NCBI RefSeq assembly: GCF_037042905.1
Contig: NC_087261.1
Coordinates: 29,264,001-29,328,000 of the forward strand
Length of the DNA: 64,000 bases
Source of the DNA: Lytechinus pictus
Lineage: Eukaryota
Direction of reading: 5' to 3'
The notes beneath the pieces were generated by a model. That model made no database searches and was not told where the DNA came from. It saw nothing but the letters and a program-made list of their open reading frames with translations. The translations under genes and the position numbers were made by a program. Shown one piece after another: positions 62,661-64,000 of the stretch (the first letter of the stretch is position 1; each line of letters starts with the position of its first letter).

Positions 62661-63878
62661 TTACTTGGTTTCTCTATCTCCAAATAGTGGAGCCTCTGCG
62701 AGCTGAGCTCTGGTGAAGAGCCCTCGGACAGCAGTACGGAATTCAGGGTAGCGAACAGTATAGATAATAGGGTTGGCGCATGAGTTGCAGAACCCTAGGG
62801 TTGCAAGAGCGCGGTTAAACGGGCTATAAGGGTACGAATCTGGAATGAATCCTAGCTTGAAAGCAAGAAAGATTGTCTTAGCAGGTCCCCAGCAGATCAG
62901 AAAGATCAAAACTACGATGAATAGTGTTTGCAGGACGCATTTCTTGGCGATGAGATGTCGGAATGAAGGATTGGATCTGTCAAGCTGTTTCGCTTCACCT
63001 AGTTGAAGACGTGCCTGCCGATGCAATACACGTGCTGTAAGGATTTGAAATGTTATTGTCAGGATCGCTGGAAAGAGGAACCCAAACAGGTAGATGAACA
63101 CACCCATGGCATGCCTGACATGCTGGAATCCTTTGGGGTACATCAATCTACAGCGCGCTGTAGATGGGTCAACTGTCGAGATGAAAAACGGGAACGAATT
63201 TAACATGAAAGCGGTGAACCAGAGGCAGATTATGGCAATTGAGATTCGTCTTGGAGCTAGAAGTTCTTTGCAACGGAATGGGTACACCACGGCAATATAG
63301 CGTTCAATGGGTATGAAGGTGAGTGTATAAATAGATGCATTAACCGAAACCCACATGAACATTGATGTGTACACTACCTTGCAGTAAAAAATGCCGAGTG
63401 CAGTCGAAGGCACTCGATTTGTTGGTGACAGTGGCACCATAAAGATCGACGTGATAAGATCGGCAACTGCCAGGGCGCCAACCAGTGTGTCCGTGGATCT
63501 ACTCTTTTTTCGTCTTTGGAAAATGATTATGATGACAAGAGAGTTGCCAACGATACCAAAAAGTGCAGAAATCATCTGTAAAATGACCCACCAGGACCAG
63601 GTTATCGGTTGCCAAAGCCAGGACATCGAAGTAGGCAATACGACATTCTTATCCCCATTCTCTTCCGTGGATTCAATAAGAGAATAATCCTGAGAGTCAT
63701 TCGTTGAATCTTGAACTGATCCTTCGATGGTTTGATCTGTCCAAATCTCAGTATAAGTATCCATAGAAGTGTTTTGCATCCAATCTATCCATTCCTGCCC
63801 AACGTCACTGTCAGAAAACGTTTGTCCAACGTAGCTCTTTAAAAAGAGGAGCAGAATAAAGCAAATAATTTCTCCCAT
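62661..63878 (-). CDS. Intronless rhodopsin-class GPCR paralog, 405 aa
   Basis: Same motifs as 55996-57204, ~90% identical, with a 3-aa insertion in ECL2. Confidence 0.95.
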   Translation of the reverse strand: MGEIICFILLLFLKSYVGQTFSDSDVGQEWIDWMQNTSMDTYTEIWTDQTIEGSVQDSTNDSQDYSLIESTEENGDKNVVLPTSMSWLWQPITWSWWVILQMISALFGIVGNSLVIIIIFQRRKKSRSTDTLVGALAVADLITSIFMVPLSPTNRVPSTALGIFYCKVVYTSMFMWVSVNASIYTLTFIPIERYIAVVYPFRCKELLAPRRISIAIICLWFTAFMLNSFPFFISTVDPSTARCRLMYPKGFQHVRHAMGVFIYLFGFLFPAILTITFQILTARVLHRQARLQLGEAKQLDRSNPSFRHLIAKKCVLQTLFIVVLIFLICWGPAKTIFLAFKLGFIPDSYPYSPFNRALATLGFCNSCANPIIYTVRYPEFRTAVRGLFTRAQLAEAPLFGDRETK

Positions 63879-64000
63879 CTTTCACCTGCTTCTGCACTGA
63901 TATTTATCAGAGCAAAGGGTAGTTGTTCAAAGAAATTGCCTTACAGAATCGTTCATTCACCAGTTTGCAATCATCAAATTTTGCTCTCAAGACATGACCT

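Larger units (their letters stand above)
49130..64000. repeat. Tandem segmental duplication: unit A ~49130-57807, unit B ~57808 to beyond the window end
   Basis: Collinear HINE fragment, Academ-like relic, GPCR pseudogene, hAT MITE and intact GPCR in both units. Confidence 0.95.

Overview
AT-rich, repeat-dense animal genomic DNA. The repeat content (SURF1-like and Deu/Nin-domain SINEs, L2 LINE relics, Kolobok/Harbinger/hAT/Tc1-type MITEs, HINE-like elements) and the intronless galanin/allatostatin-like GPCR array suggest a sea urchin; this assignment is inference. Host-gene candidates: (1) a minus-strand gene whose 374-aa coding region lies in one exon (4890-6014), with an N-terminal Cys-x14-His-Ala-Asp motif resembling CNF1/CheD/YfiH/NTAN1-fold deamidases; (2) a plus-strand 3-exon gene not captured as one ORF by the track (26590-26704, 36494-36928, 42502-42695), predicted to encode signal peptide, Ser/Thr-rich acidic region, RR site and a 6-Cys peptide; (3) two tandem rhodopsin-class GPCRs, each with a neighbouring GPCR pseudogene, in a segmental duplication with patchy identity. 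Mobile elements: a full-length PIF/Harbinger element (intact transposase, doubly frameshifted MADF partner, internal SINE) nested in a larger TIR element; a four-level MITE nest at 30.5-34.2 kb; and a young non-autonomous LTR element (44412-49129) with non-canonical CG...CG LTR ends, no TSD, no gag and an 892-aa ORF built from a protease remnant plus acidic 14-aa repeats. All calls were made by eye without database searches.
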